The notes under the pieces are model-generated. The model worked only from the letters and a program-made list of their open reading frames with translations, was not told the DNA's origin and did no database searches. From Penicillus capitatus (taxonomy: Eukaryota > Plantae > Chlorophyta), in assembly GCA_965649825.1 (NCBI GenBank), contig OZ287695.1, positions 973,081-1,037,080 on the forward strand: DNA of 64,000 bases, in the 5' to 3' direction. Of this stretch, positions 10,665-23,692 are shown piece after piece (the stretch's first letter is position 1; each line of letters starts with the position of its first letter). The position numbers were made by a program, and so were the translations under genes.

Positions 10665-13125
10665 TCATGGTCGCAAGAGTCTCCTAAGAGAAGGTCCTTC
10701 TGAGTTAGAGCAATCGGGGTCAGCATAAAGACAGATAACGTCAAACGGCGTTTCTCTGCTGTTGTTGGTTACCGTCTTCGATGCTCCGGCATCCACCAGA
10801 ACCTGAAATGCACCATCAAACTACAAGATGGTGTATCTGCCTCACCTTTGCCGTCTTTGACCGGCCGACCATCGCTGCATCATGAAGTGGAGTATTTCCA
10901 TTGACATCCGCTGCTTTGAGATTGGCACCTTCTTTAAGTAACAACTATAACAGGCAATGAGCAAAAGAAGACCGAACCAAATGGAAATGCACCATTGTAT
11001 ACTCAGAACTCCGTCTGACTGCGGCAAAGTGAAGTGGTGTCTGTCTGACATCGGTCCTTCCCTCGATGTCTGCTCCGTGATTAAGAAGGATCTGACAGTC
11101 GACCATTGTTGTCAATCGGAAAAAGAAACAAACACGTAACCAACCTTGATCACCTCGGCGTCTGCGTAACCCGCTGCCATGTGTAGAGGAGTCCGTCCAA
11201 CGTTATCGGCTTGGTCGACGTGCGCTCCGCGCTCTATGAGTACCTATTCGAGGCAATCGCCATTGTGTTAAAGGACACACCGACTCGCCTTTACAGTCCC
11301 CGGATGCATATGGAGCGCAGCCATGCGCAGGGGTGTCGATCCTTCCCTATCCGCGGCATTCACTTTGGCACTGTGATCCAGAAGAATCTGCGAATAACCG
11401 CCGCAGCAGATGCATGACAACACATTGTGGATTTACCTTTGCCACCTTCGTGTGTCCGTTTCTTGCTGCCAAATGCAAAGGAGTCAGTTTATTGCTGTTG
11501 GGCTTGTCGACACTTGCGCCGTCTTCCAGAAGAACCTTCGATTGCAGGCACAAGGATTTAGTAGAAAGAGACGAAGTGTCTTGACTCTGTAATCCAGAAT
11601 GTGCACAGAGGAGCTTACTACCTTAGTGCATTCTGACGCATCGTAAGCCGCCGACCAGTGCAACAAGGTGAAGTGTTTCCCTTTCTCATACCATGGCATT
11701 ACGGCGGATCCATAGACAGAATCTGGACCTAGTCCCTCCAGAAGAGCAGCTTTCAAAGTCTGGCTGTCATCATTTCTTATGGAGTCATAGGTTTCCTAAA
11801 AAACCGTCTGTTCATTCGCAATGATTTTTGCTATCAATGCCACGTCAAGCAATTCTGTCGGAGAAAGCCTCCTCAGCTGTTCGCGCCTCTCTCTTAGTTC
11901 CTTGTCATTGGACTTCTCTGGCGGTTGACTAACTACAGGATTGTCTACCTATGAAGAACGTACATCATCTGATGAAGGTCACTCGACAGAATTCTGTCGA
12001 TTTTTCCTATGTTCTGGCGGATCAGACACGAGGAGGAAATGGGGAGAACCGACCAGTCACCTTTGGATTTTCGTCAATTTTCTCACGAATCCAGTCCCAG
12101 AATGCACCGATACTTGTGTAGATGGACGGTGATGCGTCATTGCAGTTCTCGAAACCCAGAGATGTTATGCCGACGATCAGGTCGAGTTCTGGATTCCCGG
12201 CTGCTGTGTTGCCTCTAAATCTGTTTGGAATCAACAGTGGACCGCCAGAATCACCTTTAGAAGAGAAGGCTTGGCAGAAAGTGCCGCTGACAAGCACTAC
12301 ACCTTTGCATGCGTTCTGGTTCCCGAATCCAGCACAAATCGAATGCTTCTTGACTGCATCTCCCATAAATCCTTTGCATTGGTCATGTTTCACATACACC
12401 AGTCTGTCTGCCATCTGTAGAGAGTTTGGATAGCCTCCAGTCTTGTCCAGTCCCCAACCCAGTGCGGTAAACAATTCACCGTCGGTGAACTGTCCTCCTT
12501 GAATATCTATCGATGGGAGTGTGATCTTTGCTTCTTTATTCAATCTGACGACAGCGATGTCGTATCCGTCATGGACATCGCCAGTCCAGGATTCGTGCCG
12601 GAAACTTGCCTCACCGCTGAATTCCTATTGAGTATTCCTTTCCGCGAGAAACATGTAAAACGTGAAGGAGTTACTTTGTCTGAGTAGCGCTCATCGAGCT
12701 TGTGAATGCCACAGCGAACAAGTGGATTTCTGCCAAGGCTGTCCGTAGATGGGTCGACGCAATGTGCTGCTGTAACCACCCATTGTCGTCGAACAAGGAA
12801 TCCGCCGCAGCGATGCAAACCATCCTGTCGTCTGGAGAGACTGCAAACGTAAGGGAACCGTCCTTTAGGTGCCTCTTTGCCCTGCGAAAAGAACAGGCGT
12901 CAAAACCTGAATAAATGCGCACCTTACAAACTCACGATGATAAGAGGACCGGTCGCCTTAGAGACCGGTGCATCTGAACCGTCAATACGCATATACGCAT
13001 CGGAAATGGCAACTGAGGGTAAAACTACCTTCTTTCTCTTGACATGCTGCCATGCGGAAGAACAGAAGAAGTATCAGAGAGAAGTGAAAGCCGAGACGGC
13101 AACGCGAAATACAGAAAAGCTTCAT
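10665..13125 (-). CDS. Secreted serine protease-ankyrin fusion, copy C3 (5 internal ANK exons)
   Basis: The protease, linker and first ANK exons are near-identical to C1. Four different ANK exons follow ([83 protein letters not shown]), then a C1-like terminal exon and TGA. Confidence 0.87.
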
Positions 13126-16100
13126 ACTGAAGACAAGAATGCGTTCTGCAGCAGTGGCGGGCGCTTAAGTAATGCGGGTGATTGATTCATTAAAGTGCTT
13201 TCCCTGTAGCCGTCCAATGACTGGTAGACGTCGCGAAGAGACGAAACGGTTCGTATCTCTCCTTTGTTGATCTGAATTTGCTGAGTATTGAGCTGATATG
13301 TGTAGGCGTTGTGCTTTTCATGATGTCTCTGCACACAAGATTCTCCCTATGCCATCATATCAAATCCAGCAGTCTACGCGTTTAATGTTCTGATGGATAG
13401 TGAATATAGAATTAGTGGCTGCAAAGATGTCAAGCGTACATGGCTGATCGATGCATCCAAGAACTCATGAACGTGCCAATGACTACATGCATTCTTGTCG
13501 AGTATAACTCTGCAACATTGTTGTTGCAGTTTGCGTCGATTGAGGTTGAACCCTGAACCAAGACCTTCAACGACGCCAGTAGTACATTCTGGACATTAAG
13601 AGATCCTGTCGACAACAGTAGGTGTGGTTCTGATGTTCACATCTCGCCATCGACAGTGATGTCTTTTCCAGGTATGCTCAATCAGGCAGTATCCTACGAT
13701 GGTGGAAATCTCAGTTTGCAGAAAGATGGATTTCACGACCAGTGCACCAGAGAGAACCAAGATGGCCCTGTAGACCATGGAGAGAGAACAGAGCAGAGAA
13801 GAAGGATGGAGAAGGCCAGCGTGGCTTAAGATCTCCACATCCTCTTCAGCATGTTGTCCTCCAGCTAATTTAACTCGGACATAAATTGTGAAGGCTATGC
13901 GAAACATGGACTCATTTGAGTCGTTTCCATTAAGGGATCGTAGCATCCTGTCGTACTGAGGCCAGTTACGTCTACAGTCACTTCAGTTTAGTTCTCCGAT
14001 TCCTTCCGGCGCCAGTCCCGTCGCTATTCGTTATGAACAACGATAAGGAATCATGGATTGTCATGCAGCCGCAGCCGCAGCCGTGCTCTTCTTTGGATGC
14101 CGTTTCGACGTTGGAAGTCCATTCGTCGTCGTCTTCGGCGGCGAAGCTCATAGAACTGGATCTTGCCGTGGTCGAAAAGAAGTTGAGCACGCAAGTGTGC
14201 GCTCAGTCACTGAGAGAATTCAGTTGCAAGCTGGAGTGTGGTGTCTTGAATGTAGATGATTCTGGACAATATGATCGTGGAGAAGTTGGATCAGGGGACG
14301 GAATGTCCGGAGCTCTTCGATCCGCCTCAAGAGAACAAGACCTACCTATCGGCTCTGGAGACGTTTGACGACACCAGTCGTCGCCTTGTGGACGTTCTGT
14401 TCTCGCGTTCTGAGAGAATTGCATCGTAAGATGCTGAGTTGTTGAGGATGATCGACGATTTGTGACAGACCTGGAACTGTTGGAATTGTTCGTCGTTTTC
14501 TCGCGATCAAGATCGAAATTCGAATCTCGGTTTCCAGAATTTCTGATGCTTAAGAGCAATCGCTGACTGTTTGCCTGAGGGCAAATGTCAGAATCCCAGA
14601 TTCGCTGTCGGAGAGCTTTCAAGAAATTCTATCGACCTGTTGTGTGCGATGTTCTTTCAAGCACAGTTGTTGTTCTTTGTCGATGACACCGCTTTTGGAA
14701 CGAATGCACTTAGTGCCATGTAACGTCGAGATATATTCCTTTGCAACGATGCCTAGAGATTATAGCATGCGGCTTAAAACAATCACAGAATCTGACCAAA
14801 TCGAAGTTCAGATTTCACAGTAAAGAAACAGTGAAAGTATTCCTGAAGTCTAGATACATGTAACTCAATTCCACGACAAAAGCAAAGAATGCGAGCTCGA
14901 TATGAAATGTTAGTTTTTTGCCTGACAAAAAGAGTGATAATATCGCGCTATTGTCATCAAAAACCAAACGGTGTTGAAAAGCCACAGACAGATGTTTCAG
15001 CTTTCTCCCAAGGTTTTCTCAGGCGTTGCACATGATTTGTCAACGATCAATTTTCTTAATAAACGCAACCGACGATCCTACTGATCTCTCTCCCTGGCAC
15101 ACTGGAAATTCATCGGTTAGGTTCCTCGTTCACCTGATCCGAATGTTTGACAAGTACTCGTCAGACAATGAAGGCATTGCAAGAAAAAAAACTCAGCAAA
15201 GAGGTTAGACAGTTGTCCTAGTGGAATGCTTAGTAAATAAGAATTTCGTTGAACATCCTCTCACGGACGCAGGAGTTTCTCGAGGGTGGTTTGCGTCCAT
15301 TTAGAGCAGAGAACCCAATCTTCAGAGCAGATGACGTCAAAAGGCGTTTTTCCATCCTTGTCGGTTACTGTCGTCGATGCTCCGACTTTCACCAAAACCT
15401 GAAACGCATCTTCATGCATTGATATGCTACCCTTGACTCGCCTTTGCTATCTTTAGCTGACCGTACATCGAGGCCAAGTGGAGTGGAGTGTTTTTATCTT
15501 TTCGGACTGCATTGATGTCGGCCCCTGCTTCAGCTAACAGCTACAACCAACAACAATGTGGACAAGAAAACAGAATCAAATGGGCATGTACCTTTGCAAC
15601 TTTAGGGTGACTATTGTATTCGGCGACCAAGTGAAGCGGCGTCCGTCCTTTATCATCAACGACATCAACTTTCGCTCCGTGCTTGAGCAGCACCTGAAAA
15701 ACGATTGTTTCTGCTAATAAGGCAACGAAGCGAAGGTGCAACCGACCTTGAACACTTTAGCAGTATTAAAGAACGCAGCTGCATGCAGAACAGTATGTCC
15801 GCTGTCCGTGGCGCGGTTAACCTTCGCTCCGAGTTTAATGAGGGCCTGACAATCGACAGTTTCTGTCAATGTGAAAAGGGAGTGGATGCGTTATCGACCT
15901 CGACCACTTCGGCGTCTGACTGACGCGCTGCCCTATGCAGAACAGTATATCCAACGTCGTCGACACGGTTGACGTCCGCTCCGTGCCTAATGAGGATCTG
16001 GCAGTCGACAGTTTCTGCAGATGAGGTAACAAAGCGAGTGTCTAGTTGACCTCGATGAATTTGGCATCTGCGTGTTCCGCTGCCAGAAGCAAAGGAGTGT

Positions 16101-17664
16101 CTTTATTGTAGTCGACCTTATTGACGTCTGCTCCGTAATCAATGAGTACCTATCTAAGGCACTTGCCGAGAACGCGGGAGCACATCATGACTCGCCTGTG
16201 CAGTTCTCGAGCGTCCATTGGAAGCCGACATGTGTAAGGGTGTCGTTCCGCGGTAATTAGAGGCGTTCACTCCTGCGTTGTGATCCAGAAGAATCTGTGA
16301 ACAAACGTCTGAGCAGGCACTTGAGATCACATTGTAAGTTCACCTTCGCCAGTCTTGCGCCGCCGTGCTCCGCTGCAAGATGCAAAGGAGTCACTCCATA
16401 GAAATCCCCGGCGTTCACTCCAGCGTTGTGATCCAGAAGAATCTGTGAACAAACATCTGAGCAGACGCCTGAAATCTTATGGTAGATTCGCCTTCGCCAG
16501 TCTTGCGCCGCCGTGCTCCGCTGCAAGATGCAAAGGAGTCACTCCGTGTTCGTCGGGCTTGTTTACACTTGCTCCATATTCCAGAAGAACCTGAATTGCG
16601 AGCACAGCGATTGAATGCGCAGAAGCGAATCTTCTAGACTCTGTAATCCAGATAAGATCGGAGAAGCTTACTACCTCAGTGCATTCTGGCACATTGTGAT
16701 ACGCCGACCAGTGCAACAAAGTGAAGCGTTGCTCGACGACAAGTATTGTTGTTTGAACGAAAGACTTGTAAAAAGAATCTGGATTCAGTTCCTCAAGACA
16801 AGCGGCTTCCAATCTCAGTGCATTGTCGTCCTCTATGGAGCGATATGCTTTCTACAGAACCGGCAGTCCGTTCACAATAATCTCTTCTCTATTGTCGATG
16901 CAACAACCTTGATCAGCTCTTTCCGAGATAGTCCCGCCAGCCGTTTGCGCTCCTCTTTGAGTTTCTGTTCTCTCGACTTCTTCCTTGTCGGATCGACAGT
17001 CTCAGGATCGTCTACCTATGAAAAATGTACATCATCTGATGAAGGTCGCTCGACAGAATTCTGCGATCTTTCTCATGTTCCGGGCGATGAAACACGAGGA
17101 AGGAAATGCGAAGAACGGGCTCACCTCTGGATCTTCATCGATTTTTTCTTGAATCCAGTCCCAGAATGCGCCGATACTTGTGTAGATGGTCGGCGACGGA
17201 TCATTGTTGCAATCTTCGGACCCCATGGATGTTACGCCGACGATCAAGTCATGTGCTGGACTCCCGGCTGCTATACTGCCTCCAAATCTGTTAGGAATCA
17301 ACAACGGCCCGCCAGAATCACCTTCAACATGGAAAGGCTTGGCAGAGGGCAATGCTAACAGGTAAGACTATGTATGACCTTTGCATGTGTTGTCGTTTGC
17401 GAATCCAGCGCAGACTGAGTGATTCTTCACGGCGTCTCCCAGAAAATCTTTGCAATAGTCGTTTTTCACATAAACGAGGTTCTCTGCTATCTGTAAAGAG
17501 TTTGGAGTCTTTCCAGTCTCGTTCACTCCCCAACCGAGTGCGGTGAAGAGTTTACCCGAGCGGAATTCACCTCTCTGAATGTCTATCGACGGCAGCGTGA
17601 CATTCGCTGCTTTGTTCAGTTTAACGACGGCGATGTCGTATCCATCTTCCACGTTACCGGTCCA
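11408..17664. repeat. Copy B of the near-identical 6.2-kb duplication (copy A at 2301-8537)
   Basis: Same evidence as copy A. Confidence 0.95.
14033..14368 (+). pseudogene. Second copy of the SPY::unknown-gene chimeric ORF (111 aa)
   Basis: Duplicate of 4926-5255 with one extra GCAGCC (QP) unit. The frame is still open and the junction lies at about 14143. Confidence 0.7.
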
Positions 17665-18202
17665 AGAATCCGGCCAGTGGCTTCCTTCACCGCTGAATAC
17701 CTGACAACTTCCATCATCGCAGGAGAACGAATGGTCGTCAACAGGATACTTTGTCGGGGTCGTTCGTGTCGAGTTTGCGAATCCCGCAACGAATAAGCGG
17801 ATGTCTGCCGAGGCTGTTCAAGGATGGGTCGACGCAGTGTGCCGCTGTGACCACCCATTGCGGCCGAATGAGGAATCCTCCGCAGCGGTGAATTCCATCA
17901 TCTCGTTTGGAGAGACTGCACATGTATGGGAACCGTCTCTCAGGTGCCTGTTCACCCTGTGAGAAAGACCGGCGTCGAAACGTGAATTAATGCGCCCTGG
18001 ACAAACTTACGATGATATAGGAAGTGAGTCGGGGCTTAGAGGCTAATGCTTCTGAACCGTTAAAGCACATATCCGCGTCGGAAATGTCGACCCGGGTGAC
18101 AGTACTTTCTATTTCTCGACATGCTGCTCTATGGAGGTGCAGGAGGAGAAGCAGAAAGAAAAGATAACCGAGACGACAACATGAAACGCCGGAAAGCTTC
18201 AT
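15261..18202 (-). CDS. Secreted serine protease-ankyrin fusion, copy C4 (8 internal ANK exons)
   Basis: ATG 18202, signal peptide MKLSGVSCCRLGYLFFLLLLLHLHRAAC. The catalytic triad motifs are intact. The 3' two-thirds is near-identical to C2. Confidence 0.87.
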
Positions 18203-19105
18203 ACCAAAGAACGTGCGTGTTCTGCAGCAGTAGCGTACGCTTAAGTAATGCGGGTAATTGAGCCATTAAAATGCCTACTTCCCTGTAGCGTCCCAGTGAC
18301 TGATAGACGTTGGGAGGAAAAGAAACCGCTGGTGCATCTCCTATTTTGTTCTGGGCTTCCCACTAACTGAGTCGTCATGCATGGGGATAAGTGCTTCCCG
18401 TGATGCCTCTGCACACACGCTTCTCTGCCTGTCATCAGATCGTATCGAGAAGTCTAAGGATCCGATATATCTAGTGGATAATAAATATGAACTCAGCGGC
18501 TGCGAAGATGTCAAGGGTGCGTTGCAGATCGATGCATCCAGGAATTCACGAACGTGCCAATCACTGCTTGCATTCTTATCGAGCATGATCCGGCAACATT
18601 GTGGTTGCAGTTTGCGTCGATTGAGGTTGAACCCTGAACCAAGACCTTCAACGACGCCAGTAGTACATTCTGGACATTAAGAGATCCTGTCGACAACAGT
18701 AGGTGTGGCGTTGTCGTTTACATCTTGCCATTGACAAGCGATGGCTTTCCCAGGTATGCTTCATCCGACAGCATTCTACGGAAGTGACAGTCTCAGATTG
18801 CAGAAGGATGAATTACACAACTAGTGCAGCAAGACAACTTAGGTGGGCATCTAGACCACGGAGGGAGAACAGAGCAGAGGAAGGTGGAACAGACAGCATG
18901 GCTTAAGATCGCCACATCCGCTTCAAAATGTTGTTTCCATGTGCACTGACTGGGACATGCACTGCGAAGGCTATGTGAGACATGAACTCATTTAAGCCGT
19001 TTCCATCGAGCTGTCTTGACATTTTGTTAGCTCGAGGCCAGTTACGTCTACTGTCACTTCACTTCAGTTCGGCCGGTTCTTTCCGGCTTCTGCCCGCTAT
19101 TTGTT

Positions 19106-19810
19106 ATGAACGACGATAAGGAAGCAAGGATGGTTGAGCAGTCGCAGCAGTGCTCTTCTCTGGATCCCGATTCGACGTTGGAAGTCCATTCATCGTCATC
19201 TTCGGCAGAAGTCACTTCGTCGGAAGAAACGGAGATCAGACGTGTCTTGCGTGTTTGCCGACTGCTCATCAAGAGCGAGAAATTCAAAGAAGCCCTCCAG
19301 ATGACCGAACAGATCCTTCTCAAACACCCAAGACACGCAGAGCTGCTGGTGCTGGAAGGAGAGTGTATGAAGAACTCGGGGAACCTGACAAAGGTTAGTG
19401 AGTGCTACATGAGGTTTCCTGTACGAAAGTGCAGTGTGGAGTCGCAGGCCATAGCTTGCTTTGCGAAAGCGGAGGCGTACGATGCCAGAAATGCAGAAAC
19501 CGTAATGCATCTGGCTGACGTTCAACACCAGCAAGGGAATCTCCGATCGTGTCACGAACTTGTACAGAGAGCATGCGATTTGAAGCCAGAAAACAAGGTT
19601 CAGTGTCAGAACCGTTCGTGTGAGAGCTTACGGTGTGAAAAACGCACAGGAGTTCAAGAAGGCATTGGCAGGAGTGCTGACCGATTTAGGAACAGTTCTC
19701 AAGAATGAAGCTACTCTATGTCACACATCGTGACGCTGTCCTGCAATCGAGCACTGTAGGGAAACAGCGCTTCGGCTGAACGATATGAAGAGACTCAAAG
19801 GGCTCGTTCT
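19106..19810 (+). pseudogene. SPY: 3'-truncated SPINDLY copy (first exons, N-terminal TPRs only)
   Basis: Homologous to SPY exons 1-3 (KSEKFKEALQM, AIACFAKAEAYDARN, ALAGVLTDLGTVLKNE). The third donor is mutated (GAAG|CTACT at 19711 versus GAAG|GTACT at 29698). Homology decays after ~16 further codons and there is no catalytic domain. Confidence 0.85.
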
Positions 19811-21354
19811 GTCAAGAGCCTTGAAGCTTTCCTATAGAGAGAGCCGAATGCTAGTAGAATCACACACCTATTGTCAGTCAACAGCTGTCCACCTTCGTGC
19901 AGCTGCCACGGGACGCGTTGATGTGACATTCAACGCGTATAAATCCGAACAATCACTTGTTATGACAGTCTTTGTAACCAGTATGCCTTCGTGGTTAGCG
20001 CGTTTCAGCGCCAAACACAACACCATTAAGAAGACGTCGCAACGAAGTTCTGTTCGATCATCTACATTAAACCAGCGCCGATTGTCAATACGCTAGACTG
20101 CTGACTCGTAATCGGCTCAAAAGGACATACGAGAAAAGTCTGTTTACAGTTAAAGGCTAAACAGGGATACATGTAATTGCTAAACAAATTGACATGCAAA
20201 AACATAAGCAAACAATCAGTGAAGATGTAAACTGGCAGACGCACAAAAAGATCAATCAAGGAAACAGCAAACAGATTATCGCGTTTGCATCGCTCTCGTT
20301 AACAGCCAAGCCTTATTCGACCGTCTGTCTTCGCTTTGTGGCGAGACTGACAGGTAGAACAGATTTATTATGTCCACAAAGAGGGAAGCTAATGCCAGGA
20401 AGGTCCAAGAAAGATGCAAGTCGTAGCTCCGACTTAGTGAGGTCGCCGCCGCATTGAGACCGACATAGGAAAGCCTTGAGGATGATCACTGCTGTCAACT
20501 AGGACATTCACCTCCTTCAATTTGCACAAGTCAAATCGTTCTGGGTTCGCAACAATGGTACATGGTTTCGGCTTCATTCGTTGAGTAGAACAAATGCCGC
20601 CTTTAAAATCCACAGGACTTTCGATTAACCGGCCTAGTGGCGGTATCCATTTTCATGATTTGAACAGATGAAATACCCTGAAAATGACAAACGAGTCCTA
20701 GTCGCTGCTGTCTGCATTCGTCTGCATCCAACCCAATCAACGTTCATTTAAGTCTAGTGGAATAAAACAGACGAAGAAGGGGACCATTATCACTTCGCCT
20801 GTAGAGAAGAGTCTCGTCTCAGATCGATACCTCTCGGCCGTTAGATGAAGACGCCGCGCCTTTGTTCGTCACTCTCTTGTTGCGAGAATCCATGTATCAT
20901 GTGGAAGGATTATTCAAAGACAGTCCTGAAGTACCTTTTGACTCTGGAGTGAAACTCTTGCCGACAAATCCTGAGGGAGAGTAAACGTAAGTAATCACCA
21001 TTCACTGAGATGGTGATTCTCAGACTGTGAAGAGTAATGCTCGGTTGGCAAATGTTCATTCAGGTTTCGAGATAGAATCTCGGATGCACCACGAGAAGCT
21101 GCTTTCGCGTCGCAATCGCGGCAACAATGCACCGATAATGTATCGAACTGTCAATAGTCAACAGTCAACAACAGAAGCCATGGTCCTAGTGACCTCTCTC
21201 CTTTTGCACTCAGGAAAGCAATCAACCGACTGTTCCTCTATTTGAGCTTGCCGTAGAAGTGTTCGTTTGAACTTGTAGGTATTGTAAGTCAGCTAAAGAT
21301 AGACAGTTGTTTAGATGATATGCGTAACGCCCGAGATCCTGATTGGACAGCCCC

Positions 21355-23692
21355 TCACAGACGAAGAAGTTTCTCAAGGGCGAGTTTTGCTGGTTCGGAA
21401 CAATCAGGGAACACGTCAAGACAGATGAGGTCGAAAGGCGTTTTTCCATCATCGTCGGTTACCGTCTTTGATGCTCCAGCATTCACCAGAAACTGGATGA
21501 AATGCATCGTCAGACTTTGATATACTGCTAGCTGTGACTTGCCTTCGCCGTTTTTACGTGTCCGCGTTCTGCAGCATTGTGAAGTGCAGTTCTTCCAGGG
21601 AAATTGGCTGCATCGATGTTGGCCCCTTCTTTGAGTAACAGCTACATGCGACAAAGTGAACAAGAATACAGAAGCAAATGGGCATACACCTTCATAACTT
21701 TGGAATCTCTCCTGCTGGCGGCTAAGTGAAATGGCCTCTGTCCGTAATTGTCGTAGACATTAACTTTCGCTCCGTGCTCAAGGAGAACCTGGTACTCGAC
21801 AGAGTCTCTGCCGATGCCTAGAAAAGTGATTGTATTGCAGACCTTGACCATTTCTCTGCCAGCGAAACGAGTCGCGAAATGCAGAACAGTCCATCTTTCA
21901 TGTCCAACGGCGTTCACGTCAGCGCCATGGTTAAGAAGAATCTGAGTATGGACCGTGGAGCAGATGATCAAGATTGGTCTGTCGATTTACCTTCGCCTCG
22001 TTCGTGTGTGATAGCTCCGCTGCCAGATGCAAAGGAGTCGTTGTTCTGGATGTGGTACGCTCGTCCACGCTTGCACCATATTCCAAGAGAACCTTCGAAT
22101 GCCAAGAATAGGGATTAACTGGACAGAGCTGAAGCGTCTAGACTCCGTAACCAAGAGTAGACACGGAAAGGCTTACTACCTCAGTGCATTCTGAAGCATT
22201 GTAATACGTCGACCAGTGCAACAAAGCAAATTGCTGCATTCCAGAATGCAATGTCATGTTGGCAATGGACTCGTAGAAAGAATCTGGATCCAGATCCTCC
22301 AGTAGAGCAGCTTCCAACTTCAGGGCATTGTCATCTTCTATGGAGTCAATCGCTTCCTACAGAACTGTCTGTTCAGACACATCGATCTCTGTCATCAATG
22401 CAACCTTAATCAGTTCTTTCTTCGAAAGTCCCCTCATCTGTTCACGCTCTTTTTTAATCTTGTGCTTTTCAGCTCGTTCCTTTCTCGCTTCCTCGGCTGT
22501 CGTACTCTCTGTCTTTGGAGTCTCTATGTCCTCTAGTTCAACTGCCGAAGGTTGCTCGACTGATTGTTTCGGTTCTTTCTCCTGTTCTCGAAGTCACACA
22601 TGAGGAAGAAAATGCAGAACGGTTCACCTCTGGACCTTCGCCGATTCTTTCTAGAATCCAGTTCCAAAACGCGCCGATACTTGTGTAAACGGAGGGTGAT
22701 TCATCACTGTAATCTTCGGACCCTAGGGATGTTACACCGACGAGCAGGTCGAGTTCTGGATTCCCTGCTGCTATGCTGCCTCTAAATCTGTTAGCAATCA
22801 ACAACGGACCGCCAGAATCACCTTCGATAGATGTGACCGGAAAGAGCAATGTTAACAAGCATCAAACCTTTGCATGTGTTTTGGTTCGCGAGTCCAGCAC
22901 AGATCGTGTGCTTCGTGACAGCGTCTCCCAGATGTTCTTTGCAGCTGTCACGTTTCACATATACAAGGTTCTCTGCCATCTGTAGGGAATTGGGATTCTT
23001 TCCAGCCTCGTTCACTCCCCAGCCGAGTGCGGCAAACAGTTTGCCTGTGCGGAATCCACCTTCCTGAATGTCTATCGACGGCAGCGTGACATTCGCCTCT
23101 TTGTTCAGTTTGACGACGGCGATGTCGTATCCATCTTCGACGTTGCCGGTCCAAGACTCAGGCCAGTGGCTTCCTTCACCGCTGAATACCTGACAGCTTC
23201 CGTCTTGACGGGAAAGTGAACAAACGCGAACAGAGTTACTTTGTCGGGGTCGTCCGAGTCGAGTTTGTGAATCCCGCAGCGAATAAGCGGATGCCGGCCG
23301 AGGCTGTTCGTGGATGGGTCGATGCAGTGTGCCGCTGTGACCACCCATTGTGGTCGAATGAGGAATCCCCCGCAGCGGTGGAATCCATCTTCGCGTCTGG
23401 AGAGACTGCAGATGTACGGGAACCGTCCTTCAGGTGCTTCTTCGCCCTGTGAGAAGAACGGACGTGAAACTTGAGTTAATGCGCGCTGAACAAACTCACA
23501 ATCATATAAGCAGTGACTCGCGGCTTAGAGGCCGATGCTCCTGAACCGTTAAAGGACATATCCGCATCGGAAATATCAACCCATGGTGGCCGCACCTCTT
23601 TTTTCTCGACATGCTGCGAGGCGGAGGTGCACGGAAAGCAACAGAGAGAAATAAAAGCTGAGATGGCAAAGCGAAACAGCAAAGAGCTTCAT
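21355..23692 (-). CDS. Secreted serine protease-ankyrin fusion, copy C5 (4 internal ANK exons; only copy with a stop-free linker exon)
   Basis: ATG 23692. Motifs [16 protein letters not shown] and NTCK|GDSGGPL are present. The linker [12 protein letters not shown]...KELIK is open after a 46-nt intron. Ends LEKLLRL-TGA. Confidence 0.9.

Noticed and set aside
19810-21150. Unique sequence between the truncated SPY and C5, as a possible mobile-element insertion
   Set aside because: I could see no terminal repeats, target-site duplication or transposase/RT motifs.
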